Source of the DNA: an uncultured delta proteobacterium
Lineage (GTDB): Bacteria > Myxococcota > B64-G9
DNA: 64,000 bases
Direction of reading: 5' to 3'
Assembly (NCBI GenBank): GCA_963754925.1
Contig: CAVWHX010000011.1
Location: 64,001-128,000, forward strand
The notes under the pieces were generated by a model. That model did no database searches. It saw only the letters and a program-made list of their open reading frames with translations, and had not been told where the DNA came from. Each line of letters begins with the position of its first letter. Position 1 is the first letter of the stretch. The position numbers and the translations under genes were made by a program. Positions 40,346-49,664 of this stretch are shown one piece after another.

Positions 40346-42475
40346 TTAACTAAGGGCAGCAGATGGAGTTTGTCTATCCGCCAACGGGTTCAATGCCTTG
40401 TATACAGCTTCTGAGAGTTCACTTGCCACCATGGGTTTCATCACCATCTCCCGGATGCCGATATCCCTGATCCTTTCAGGCGAAATTCCCTGACCGAAAC
40501 CGGTGCACAGCACAATGGGGATGTCAGGCCTGATTTTCAGAAGCTTTTCTGAGAGTTCAAGGCCCGTCATCTTGGGCATGGTCAAATCCGTCAGGACAAG
40601 ATCGAATACATTCGGATCGGATGTGAATAACTCGAGGGCCTTGAGGGGACTGGTGGTTGAAGTTATCTCGTACCCGAGCTGTTCAAGTATCCCGCGGCCC
40701 GAGACGATGACCCCCTCTTCATCATCAACGAAAAGAATCCTTCCTCTACCTGCCTTCACGAGGGTATTCAGAGCGTGAGCCTCAACCGTCATTCCTTCGT
40801 ACAAGGGGAGAAGAATGTTGAACGTGGTTCCTCTGCCGGGATCGCTATAAACGGAAATAGCCCCTCCCATATCATGTACTATGCCATGGACAACCGACAG
40901 ACCCATACCGGTACCCTCCCCTCGCTCCTTTGTGGTGAAGAATGGGTCGAAGATACGGTTGATGATTTCCTTTGGAATGCCGCATCCGGTATCGGTAACG
41001 CTCAATCGAAGGTATCGGCCTCGCCGCAACCCTTTAAAATCCAGTTCTGCATCGTCATCAAGTTCCACCTCTGCAAGTCGAATAGCAAGTATGCCGCCTT
41101 TTTCCTTCATGGCATAGGCGGCATTGCTGCAGAGGTTCATAATAACCTGGTGGATATGAGTGGGATCAGCGACTATCGTACTGGTAGAAACGGGGAAATC
41201 TTCTCTGATTTCAATAGTCACGGGCAAAGAGGCCCTGAGGAATTTCAGGGTCTCTTTAATGATCGGGACCGGCAACAGGGGTTCTCTTTTGATGACGGTC
41301 TGGCGGCTAAACGTTAGTATTTGTTTTACCAGGTCTCTGGCCCTGATCCCAGCCGTGAAGATTTCATCCAGCGCATTTTCAATAATCTCCCGGTCATCAA
41401 GCTTCATCTTGGCAAATTCGGTGAAACCTAGAATAGAAGAGAGAATATTGTTGAAATCATGGGCGATGCCGCCAGCCAGGGATCCAATTGCTTCCATTTT
41501 ATACGATTGCTGAAGCCGTTCTTCGAGTTTTATCCTTTCCTCCTCGGCATGTTTTCGGGCCGTGATGTCTCTTGACACCAGGACCCCGGTCAATGTTCCC
41601 TGCATATCGATGAGCTTGCCTTCTGTTTCGAGCCAGATGTAGCCACGGGAGGGGTGCAGGTAGCGAAAATCGGCCCTCGCGATACCCCTGCTCTTCGCTG
41701 CTTTGTCGACGGTCGCCCGCAACCCCGGAAGGTCATCGGGGTGGACGTGCTCGAACATGCTCGTGCCGACAACTTCCTCTCCCCGCTCGAGCACCCGCTT
41801 GTGCGAAGGGGATACGAAGGTGTAGTTGCCCAAGATATCGGTGGTGAAGATCATATCCGTGATGTTGTCCGTGATGAGGCGATATCTCGCCTCGCTCTCG
41901 CGCAGCAACTTCTCAGCCTGTTGGCGCGCGCGGATGTCGCGGGTAATGGACACGACGTGCAAGACACCCTGAAGCCTTATGACTCGTGCCGACATCAGGG
42001 CAGTGGCGACACTCCCATCTTTTATTCTAAACTGCGCCTCAAGGTTTTCGTAGTATCCTTTGGACCTCAGAACGTGCACTAGTTTTTTTCGCTCAGTTGG
42101 ATTATGCCATATATCGATCTCCACTGATGTCTTTCCAAAGACGTCTTCCTTCGTGAAACCCGTTAAGGCAGTGAACCCTTCATTGATATCAACATACAAC
42201 CCATCCTCCAGTTGGTTGATACATATTGAATCCGGACTGGTATTAAAGGCCAGGCGGAATCGTTCCTCGGTAGCCCTAAGATCCTCCTCTGCCCGCTTGC
42301 ACTTGGATGCTGAATCTTCCAATTCAGCGATCCGCTTACGTGCTTCAACCAGCTCTTCCATGAGTTGGGCTTTTGTTTTATTTTCGTCTTTCACGTTGGG
42401 CACCCACACGGCCAACCCCATTGCCCATCGGTAGTTGTATGCTCCTTTTATTCCCCCGCTCCCCCGACTTACCAT
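40346..42475 (-). CDS. PAS-PAS hybrid histidine kinase (start uncertain)
   Basis: GGIAHDFNN, NLCSNA, FDPFFTTK, GTGMGL, REC DLTMP. Confidence 0.93.
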   Translation of the reverse strand: MVSRGSGGIKGAYNYRWAMGLAVWVPNVKDENKTKAQLMEELVEARKRIAELEDSASKCKRAEEDLRATEERFRLAFNTSPDSICINQLEDGLYVDINEGFTALTGFTKEDVFGKTSVEIDIWHNPTERKKLVHVLRSKGYYENLEAQFRIKDGSVATALMSARVIRLQGVLHVVSITRDIRARQQAEKLLRESEARYRLITDNITDMIFTTDILGNYTFVSPSHKRVLERGEEVVGTSMFEHVHPDDLPGLRATVDKAAKSRGIARADFRYLHPSRGYIWLETEGKLIDMQGTLTGVLVSRDITARKHAEEERIKLEERLQQSYKMEAIGSLAGGIAHDFNNILSSILGFTEFAKMKLDDREIIENALDEIFTAGIRARDLVKQILTFSRQTVIKREPLLPVPIIKETLKFLRASLPVTIEIREDFPVSTSTIVADPTHIHQVIMNLCSNAAYAMKEKGGILAIRLAEVELDDDAELDFKGLRRGRYLRLSVTDTGCGIPKEIINRIFDPFFTTKERGEGTGMGLSVVHGIVHDMGGAISVYSDPGRGTTFNILLPLYEGMTVEAHALNTLVKAGRGRILFVDDEEGVIVSGRGILEQLGYEITSTTSPLKALELFTSDPNVFDLVLTDLTMPKMTGLELSEKLLKIRPDIPIVLCTGFGQGISPERIRDIGIREMVMKPMVASELSEAVYKALNPLADRQTPSAALS

Positions 42476-42648
42476 GGTGCTTACTCAAAGTATGTTCTAT
42501 ACTAACTTCGAATTTACTTTTCTGCCAATTTTCGTAAGGAATTCTGCTAAATTGACAGGAATACTCATGACATCCGTCAATGTATCAGGCTTTCAGTTGC
42601 CTGGATAAGGAAATGGGTCTTCGTGACAGAGTTTGACAGTAGTTATCG

Positions 42649-42999
42649 TTAACCGAATGTTCCGCTATCATGTCCCCAGTGCGTGCCGGCTATATCTGTG
42701 AAGTTCAGATAGATCCGCTCGCCTGAAATTTGAGTCGCCTCGCGGATCAACTCACAGAGCCGCTGTGCGAGCACCTTGTTTGTCTTTGATGACAATCCAC
42801 CGATGCTGCGAACGTCGATAAATGCTGCAGAGCCGGGCTTGCCGGCATGGAACATGGTGACACCGTCAGCCACGATCGCTTGTACATACGTCTCGGGCTT
42901 GCCGATCACCTCGGCGCAGGCTCGTGATAATTCTGCGCACAATTGCGTTTTGACATCATCGGAGAGAGGCATATTGGTTTCTAGTCGAATGAACGGCAT
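42649..42999 (-). CDS. MIF/phenylpyruvate tautomerase family protein
   Basis: N-terminal Pro, GKPETY, SIGG, RIYLNF, WG..TF. Confidence 0.92.
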   Translation of the reverse strand: MPFIRLETNMPLSDDVKTQLCAELSRACAEVIGKPETYVQAIVADGVTMFHAGKPGSAAFIDVRSIGGLSSKTNKVLAQRLCELIREATQISGERIYLNFTDIAGTHWGHDSGTFG

Positions 43000-43027
43000 C
43001 GGGATTCTCCTCCTTCACCATCAAGAC

Positions 43028-43960
43028 CTACCTTAATTGAATTCTGTATTTCTCAATAAGCCGTATCGGGTGGTAGGAGAGTTTCGCTTTCCGCAGGCCT
43101 TTTTCGCCCAGATCCTGCTCTCGATTGACGTAGGCGGTCTTTGCAAACGCGTGCGCGCAGAAATTTTGGTTGATCACGGCATACAAGCCCGGTTGATCAG
43201 GCGTAGCCTTCTCGATGTGCACCACCCCGGTCTCGGGATTGAGCAGCTCGCCCAGAGAAAAGGCTGCTACCCTCCCCTCGATCAAGACTACCCCTCCGAT
43301 GAGTTTGAGATGCGCCACGTGTTTCAAGGCTTCGTGAACGGCCGCGTGCTCACCAACAAGACCGAGATCCTCTGAACAATGTCGTACCCGACACCAATCG
43401 TCAGAAAGCTGAAGGCATTCATGCCGATGCGACTCCAACAACGGCGCATACGTGAATCGACCGGCGCGTCGGGCTTGGGCAAGGTGATTGCGTTTTGCGT
43501 GATACTTCTGCCCGGCCAAATCGATCAAATCGCGGGTCGCATACAGATAGTCAAAGTGCTCCCGAACCGGCGCAATCGAAAGTCCCGCGCAGCAGCCGAT
43601 CTCGGCCACGAGGCGCGCATCGGCCCGTTCGATCGTTGGATTGCTGATCCCGCGATCGTCTCGCAGGTAGCGCAAGAGCCGTAGGACAACCTCCGTGCGA
43701 GAAGCCGGTCCGATGGGCGGCAACACTTGGCACATCGCCGCAGTCGCATGACCGACCTCCCGGTCGTCTCGCGTGCAGAAGAAAAGAAGCCAATCCTGAA
43801 ATACACTCCACTTGATGCCGTAGTGCGCCCGCCAAATGAATACGTTGGTGAATGTTAACTCAGAGGTTTCGGGTCGATATCGGTCGAGCGCTGCCTGGAT
43901 CAGGTCGCGATCCTTGATCTCGAGTGCGCGGGTTTCTGGAAAAATCGGAATATTTTTCAT
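43028..43960 (-). CDS. DUF2156 (aminoacyl-PG transferase-like GNAT) protein
   Basis: FTNVFIW, LAGQKYHAKRNH, HIEKA, VNREQDLG..GLRKAKLSYHP. Confidence 0.9.
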   Translation of the reverse strand: MKNIPIFPETRALEIKDRDLIQAALDRYRPETSELTFTNVFIWRAHYGIKWSVFQDWLLFFCTRDDREVGHATAAMCQVLPPIGPASRTEVVLRLLRYLRDDRGISNPTIERADARLVAEIGCCAGLSIAPVREHFDYLYATRDLIDLAGQKYHAKRNHLAQARRAGRFTYAPLLESHRHECLQLSDDWCRVRHCSEDLGLVGEHAAVHEALKHVAHLKLIGGVVLIEGRVAAFSLGELLNPETGVVHIEKATPDQPGLYAVINQNFCAHAFAKTAYVNREQDLGEKGLRKAKLSYHPIRLIEKYRIQLR

Positions 43961-44174
43961 CGCGAAAGCATGCCTCAAGGTTCGCAAACCGCCACGCATC
44001 AATAGACCACGGCTTCTCATGGCAAGTCAACCGAAGCGGCATTCAAGACATCTTCCTACGGGGAACTCAGGGCCCTTGTTCGCCGCGAGATTGTGTGCTT
44101 TTCATACGACGTGACGGGAAGAATCCTTCCGGAGCTCTTGCATACTTCCGGTGATCGACTGGTACGGAGCGAGG

Positions 44175-46499
44175 ATGGTTACACCTTACGAAACGAACAT
44201 CGTTCCGATTTTGGCTGCCGAGTTATCTCTGCCGGCGCGAAACATCGAGGCAACGCTCAGATTGCTTGCCGAGGGCGGCACGGTTCCGTTTATCGCACGC
44301 TACCGCAAGGAAGCAACCGGCAGCCTCGATGAGGTTCAAATCCGCGCCATCGAGGAGCGCAACGCCTACCTCAGCGAGCTCGATCAGCGCCGTCAGGCGA
44401 TTGTGGAAGCAATCGCAAAGCAGGACAAACTATCCGACGACCTTCACGCAAAAATCCTCGCCTGCACCACCAAGTCGGCGCTGGAAGATCTCTACCTTCC
44501 CTACAAACCCAAGCGCCGCACCCGGGCAACCATCGCCCGCGAGAAAGGCCTTGAACCCCTGGCCGAGCGAATATGGCAACAACCGCTTGACGGCGATCCG
44601 TACCGTGAGGCACAAGCCTGCCGTGACGTCGATAAAGGAGTTGTCGACGCGGACGCGGCGCTCGCCGGCGCGCGTGATATTGTCGCCGAACGCATGTCGG
44701 AAGACGCCGAGGTGCGCACCCGGGTGCGAGCTTTATTCACCACGGAAGGACGGGTTTGCTCCGAAGCCGTCCCCAAAAAAACACAGCAGCCGACTAAATT
44801 TGAGCAATACTACAACTTCAGCGAGGCAGTCGCCACCATCCCCTCGCATCGGTTTCTGGCAATTCAGCGTGGGGTCAATGAGGGTATTTTAAGAGTGCGG
44901 GTGGAAGTCGCCCCTGATCGCATTCTGCCGCCCATCCTAACGAAACTTCGGCACAACCCCGACTCGCCTTTTGCCGAGCAACTCTCTCTCGCGGTGCAAG
45001 ACGGCGTCGATCGGTTGTTGCTGCGAAGCCTCGAGACCGATGTCCTGGCGGATCTTAAGGTGGCTTCCGATCGCACCGCCGTGGAGGTTTTTGCCCGTAA
45101 CCTCCGCAACCTTCTCCTGGCGGCGCCGCTCGGGGCCAAACCGGTGCTGGGGATCGACCCGGGGCTGCGCACCGGTTGTAAGTGCGCGGCGCTTGACGAA
45201 ACCGGCACGTTTCTCGAAACCACGACCATCTTCCCAACCCAAGGCAAACAACGGGCTGCGGCCGCCAAGCAGGAGCTCGTCGCACTTATCGGCAAGCACC
45301 AACCGTTTGCCATCGCCATCGGCAACGGCACGGCGGGACGGGAGACAGAAGCATTTGTCCGCACAGTCATTTTCGAGGCCGGGGTTAAGGATACCGTCGT
45401 CATCATGGTCAGCGAGGCCGGGGCGAGCGTTTACTCGGCGTCAGAGATTGCCCGCGAGGAGTTCCCCGATCTCGATGTCACGGTGCGCGGGGCCATATCG
45501 ATCGGCCGACGCCTCCAAGACCCGCTTGCCGAATTAGTGAAAATCGATCCGAAAGCAATCGGCGTTGGACAGTACCAGCACGATGTGCATCAAACGTTGC
45601 TTCAGCACAAACTTGAGGAAGTCATAGAAAGCTGCGTCAACCGGGTCGGCGTTGAGCTCAACACCGCGAGCGCCGCCCTGCTTTCCCGGGTGGCGGGAAT
45701 CGGCCCGGCGTTGGCAAAAAAAATTATCCTTCACCGCCAGCAACACGGGGCTTTCCAAAATCGCCAGAAGCTTCTTAAGGTCCCCGGCCTTGGTCCGCGC
45801 ACCTTCGAGCAGGCTGCCGGTTTTCTACGAATACACGGCGGTAGTCATCCGCTCGACGCCTCGGCGGTGCATCCCGAACGCTATGATCTGGTCGAGAAGA
45901 TTGCGCGTGACCTCACGGTTACTCTTGATAAACTCGCGGGCAACACCGCGCTTGCCGACCAGATTCCTATCCAGCGTTACATCGGAGAGCAGGTCGGCGA
46001 GCCGACCCTGCGCGATATCATCGACGAGCTAAAAAAGCCGGGACGGGATCCGCGGGAGAAATTCGAGCCGCTGAAGTTTCGTGACGGCGCCACGACCCTC
46101 GCTGACCTTAAACCGGGAATGGTGCTCGAAGGCCAGGTGACCAACGTGACCGCTTTTGGGGCTTTCGTCGATGTGGGAGTACACCGAGACGGGCTGGTGC
46201 ATATCTCTCAATTATCGGATCGTTTCATTAAGGATCCGCACGAGGTCGTCAAAGTCGGCACTCGCCTCACGGTGCGGGTTCTGGAGGTAGACCTGGCCCG
46301 CGAAAAGCTCTCGCTAACCGCTAAGAGCGATCAATCAACGGCCCCACCGACAAAAAGAAAAACACCTGAAAAGCATTTCCCAAAAGACAAACCAAAGGTA
46401 AACGCGGCGAGCGACACCAAAGAACCCAATTCTGTTAGGAAGTCAGATAAAATGTTTAGCTTCAACCCCTTCGCCACTGCGCTGAAACCAAAACGGTAG
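44175..46499 (+). CDS. tex: Tex transcription accessory protein
   Basis: TVPFIARYRKE, DPGLRTGCK, EAGASVYSAS, GVGQYQHDV, S1 domain. Confidence 0.96.
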   Translation: MVTPYETNIVPILAAELSLPARNIEATLRLLAEGGTVPFIARYRKEATGSLDEVQIRAIEERNAYLSELDQRRQAIVEAIAKQDKLSDDLHAKILACTTKSALEDLYLPYKPKRRTRATIAREKGLEPLAERIWQQPLDGDPYREAQACRDVDKGVVDADAALAGARDIVAERMSEDAEVRTRVRALFTTEGRVCSEAVPKKTQQPTKFEQYYNFSEAVATIPSHRFLAIQRGVNEGILRVRVEVAPDRILPPILTKLRHNPDSPFAEQLSLAVQDGVDRLLLRSLETDVLADLKVASDRTAVEVFARNLRNLLLAAPLGAKPVLGIDPGLRTGCKCAALDETGTFLETTTIFPTQGKQRAAAAKQELVALIGKHQPFAIAIGNGTAGRETEAFVRTVIFEAGVKDTVVIMVSEAGASVYSASEIAREEFPDLDVTVRGAISIGRRLQDPLAELVKIDPKAIGVGQYQHDVHQTLLQHKLEEVIESCVNRVGVELNTASAALLSRVAGIGPALAKKIILHRQQHGAFQNRQKLLKVPGLGPRTFEQAAGFLRIHGGSHPLDASAVHPERYDLVEKIARDLTVTLDKLAGNTALADQIPIQRYIGEQVGEPTLRDIIDELKKPGRDPREKFEPLKFRDGATTLADLKPGMVLEGQVTNVTAFGAFVDVGVHRDGLVHISQLSDRFIKDPHEVVKVGTRLTVRVLEVDLAREKLSLTAKSDQSTAPPTKRKTPEKHFPKDKPKVNAASDTKEPNSVRKSDKMFSFNPFATALKPKR

Positions 46500-46501
46500 T
46501 T

Positions 46502-46818
46502 GTAGGGGCGCAGGCACCCCTAAGCTCGCTTTCCTGTCAGAGACAGGAAAGCACGCCAAGGGGTGCCTGGCGAACCGCCCCTACCGAGGAACACCTTCCG
46601 GCATTGTCGACATAATTCGGATTGTCATGGTAGGGGCAGGGCTTGCCCTGCCCTCATTCGGCGCCCAATTGGGGCGCAGCAAGCAGCGCCCCTACCGGGG
46701 AAACCATCTGAAATCGTCGATATTCACGGTATCGTCGTCGTAGGGGCGGGTTTCAAACCCGCCCCTACCGGGAACCGTGCGTGATGATTGGTAGAGGCGG
46801 TTCGCGAACCGCCCCTAC
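46502..46818. repeat. Cluster of GTAG-type REP palindromes between convergent genes
   Basis: Five units, e.g. GTAGGGGCGGGTTTCAAACCCGCCCCTAC and GTAGAGGCGGTTCGCGAACCGCCCCTAC. Confidence 0.88.
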
Positions 46819-48192
46819 TCGCTCTTTTTTAAGAGATATCGATACTGCTGATACGATACCGCCAGGCCGCGGACCGCCTCCTCGAGCGATTCAAACACCG
46901 GGATTTGATATTTGGTTCTAATCTCGAGAATTCTATCAACGGCATTGGGAATATAGATTGCAGCCGGTTTTTGATATTTCTTGCACATGGCGACCAGCTC
47001 TCGAATTCCCTCAATAACAATCTCCTGCCAAACATTCGGAACCGGCAGAAGCCCGTCAATTTCATCGGAAGAAAGCAGAATATCATAAATATCAAGAAAC
47101 GTTTGAAGCGACAGCGTTGGTCCTAGGTCAATCGGATTTGAGGCGTTGTATAGGGTCCCTGTTTGTTTGAGTTTTTCCTGTGTGGTTTTTGATATCGATG
47201 CAATTTCCAGTCCGTTTTCCACCAAAAGATCCAAGGTAATGCCGCCGAATGCCCCTGAATTGGTGATCATCGCGATCTTCTTTCCTCTCAGGGGAGGCAT
47301 ATGAGTGAATATCTTGGGAAGAGCATGGAGCTCACTTATCGATCGCAGTCGTAGTATCCCGGCTTGTTTACAGGCATGCTCGAAGACGATATCATTGTTG
47401 ATCATACCGGCGGTGTGCGACGTCGCCGCCTTGGCTCCTTCCGCGGTCCTTCCTACTTTAAACACCAGAATGGGTTTTTTGACTTTTTGAGCGGTTTCAA
47501 ATAATTTTCTTCCGTGTTGAACGTTCTCTAAATACATGCCGATGACTTTGGTGTTATCGGAATCGAAGTATTCAAGAAGATCAGACTCGTCGATATCAGC
47601 CTTATTTCCGATACTCGCCATTTTTAATACTTTGGCGACATCAGTCCTGCCCGCATCCAGAATGAGTGCGCCGACGCCCCCGCTTTGAATGACATAGGAG
47701 ACTTCTCCGGGCAGGACATTCTCAAAACCACTGAACATGCTGACGCCCGGCATCGCTCCGTAAAAACAGATGAATTTATTATCGGTATTAAGGATTCCGA
47801 GGCAGTTTGGCCCAAGATACCTGATGCCGTACTGTTGAGCTAAGCTATCCACCTCCTGTTGAATCCTCAACCCCTCCTCTCCACTTTCAGAAAAACCGGC
47901 GCTTTCAATAATAATATGTTTTATACCTTTTTGACCGCATTCTTTTACAAATTTTGGAACAACTTCCGCGGGAGTTATGATTACCGCGAGTTCTATAGGG
48001 CCGGGAATGTCAACAACCGAGCGATAGCCTTTACATCCTGCGACGTCTTCGCCTTTTCTGTTGACCGCATAAACATCGGCGTTATAGTTAATACTTTAAG
48101 ATATTGCATATGGTCGCACCCAGATTAAACATTGCATTTGAAGCGCCAATGACCACGATCTGTTTTGGATAAAAAAATGACTCCAGTGTCAT
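46815..48192 (-). pseudogene. ADP-forming acyl-CoA synthetase alpha-like CoA-binding protein, frameshift ~48090
   Basis: FFYPKQIVVIGAS, SAGFSE, GPNCLG, QSGG, GNKAD, SHTAG, NPIDL. Confidence 0.85.
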
Positions 48193-48330
48193 AGGGAACT
48201 CTCAATGAGCGATAACCAGCGATGTTAAAGATCCCATCGGCATCCGGATCAAGGCTCTCGCCGCATCCAGCGTTGGATGTGGCGTTAGATCGGTTCTACC
48301 CTCTTCTATGAGACAGTCAAGAAAAAAAGG

Positions 48331-48598
48331 GGTGGTGTCTCGTTTTGAGGCTTACGGGTATTCGTCGAACGACACGCGACCGAAACATATTAATCCCTAA
48401 AGGGATAAGAGCCCGTAAAGCTCACCGCATTCGCTAACGGGCTCTAACCGCTAAACATTGTAGTATTCATCATGAACATGAGACCTGGGTGCTAGAGCTT
48501 GTTGCCGAACATAGTGAGGTTTACAAGCTCTTGTCCCCTTGTGGGATAGACGGTCGCCTGCCGAACACCCGTAAGCCTCTGCAAACCGAGACACTGCT
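48331..48598. mobile_element. 268-bp MITE (copy B) carrying two short units (U6 48391-48446, U7 48493-48548)
   Basis: Degenerate TIRs GGTGGTGTCTCGTTTTG / CAAACCGAGACACTGCT; TSD AAAAAAGG; backbone collinear with copy A. Confidence 0.9.
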
Positions 48599-48711
48599 AA
48601 AAAAGGAACTGCCGCTAGGACCTCACGAAACGATTTTCGAATGAGTACCGATTCTTCCGTATAGGCGGCCTCCGCTCAATCGGACCTTTTTTTTTACCCC
48701 TCTCGAGAAAC

Positions 48712-49471
48712 TCAAGTCTCCCGCATCTTCTTTCCGAGTTCTTCGAGGACCTCGCGGTAGGCCTCATGAATGCGCGATCGATCATCCATACGCATGAACC
48801 TTTTCAGAAGCTCCCTTTTATTCTCAACGTGCCTTCTGATGCTCTCTTCATCCACGGCATTGAACATAAACCTCGATCATCCGTCGGCGCAGGGAGCGGT
48901 TGGTGTTCGACAGCAGCAGGTACATAGTGTTATTGGCCGTTTCCGCCACTATGTCCTGGCTTAAGAGCTCGTACTCGACAACCTTTTCTTTGTCGGAGAT
49001 ATCTCTCAGCTCATCTTCCAGGATATCCATCATGGCCTTCACATCCCTGGGTGAGAAGCGCTGTATGGCAAGTCTCAGCATCTCAGGCATGATGCCGACC
49101 CAAAAGTCCCATATCTCCGCCATAATGTATTCGTCAAACTTCGTTTCCCGTTGGTCATTCTCCATGTGGTCGAACAAGGCGGCGATGAACTCGATACCGG
49201 CATGTTTTAAGTAATCCCGGACATAGATGCCATCACCCTGGCGGATATTGAGGACACCCATCGATTCGAGATGTTTGAGCGCAACCCGGAGTGATGAACG
49301 ATCGACCTTCATATCTTGAGCGAGCTGGCGTTCGGTGGGAAGTTTTGATCCGGGCCTGACATTGTTAAAAAAAATCTGCTGGATAAGGACGCCAACGACA
49401 CGCTCGTACGGTTGCTGATTTTTCCTTATAGATTTTTCTTGAATGGTTATTGCCTTCCTTTCGGCGACCAT
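48712..49471 (-). pseudogene. GntR/FadR-family regulator, frameshift ~48870
   Basis: PGSKLPTERQLA..RSSLRVAL..QGDG; alternative frame continues to TGA at 48712. Confidence 0.8.
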
Positions 49472-49664
49472 CGGCTGTTCCTTCCCTTACTTCTAGAGAC
49501 ACCTGATTCCCGTAACTTTAGGTAAAACAATAGTTATTTACTTCTGTAACCCTTGATTCTTACAGCACGTCATAGTTTTGAGACGCACTGTAGCTTGGAA
49601 AAAACCCGTCGTCAATGACTATTTTGAACACTATGTCAGTTTTTATCTACGAGGCAAACTCGGC

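Noticed and set aside
46502..46818. Possible CRISPR array
   Set aside because: Units are non-identical palindromes with irregular spacing and no cas genes; fits REPs.
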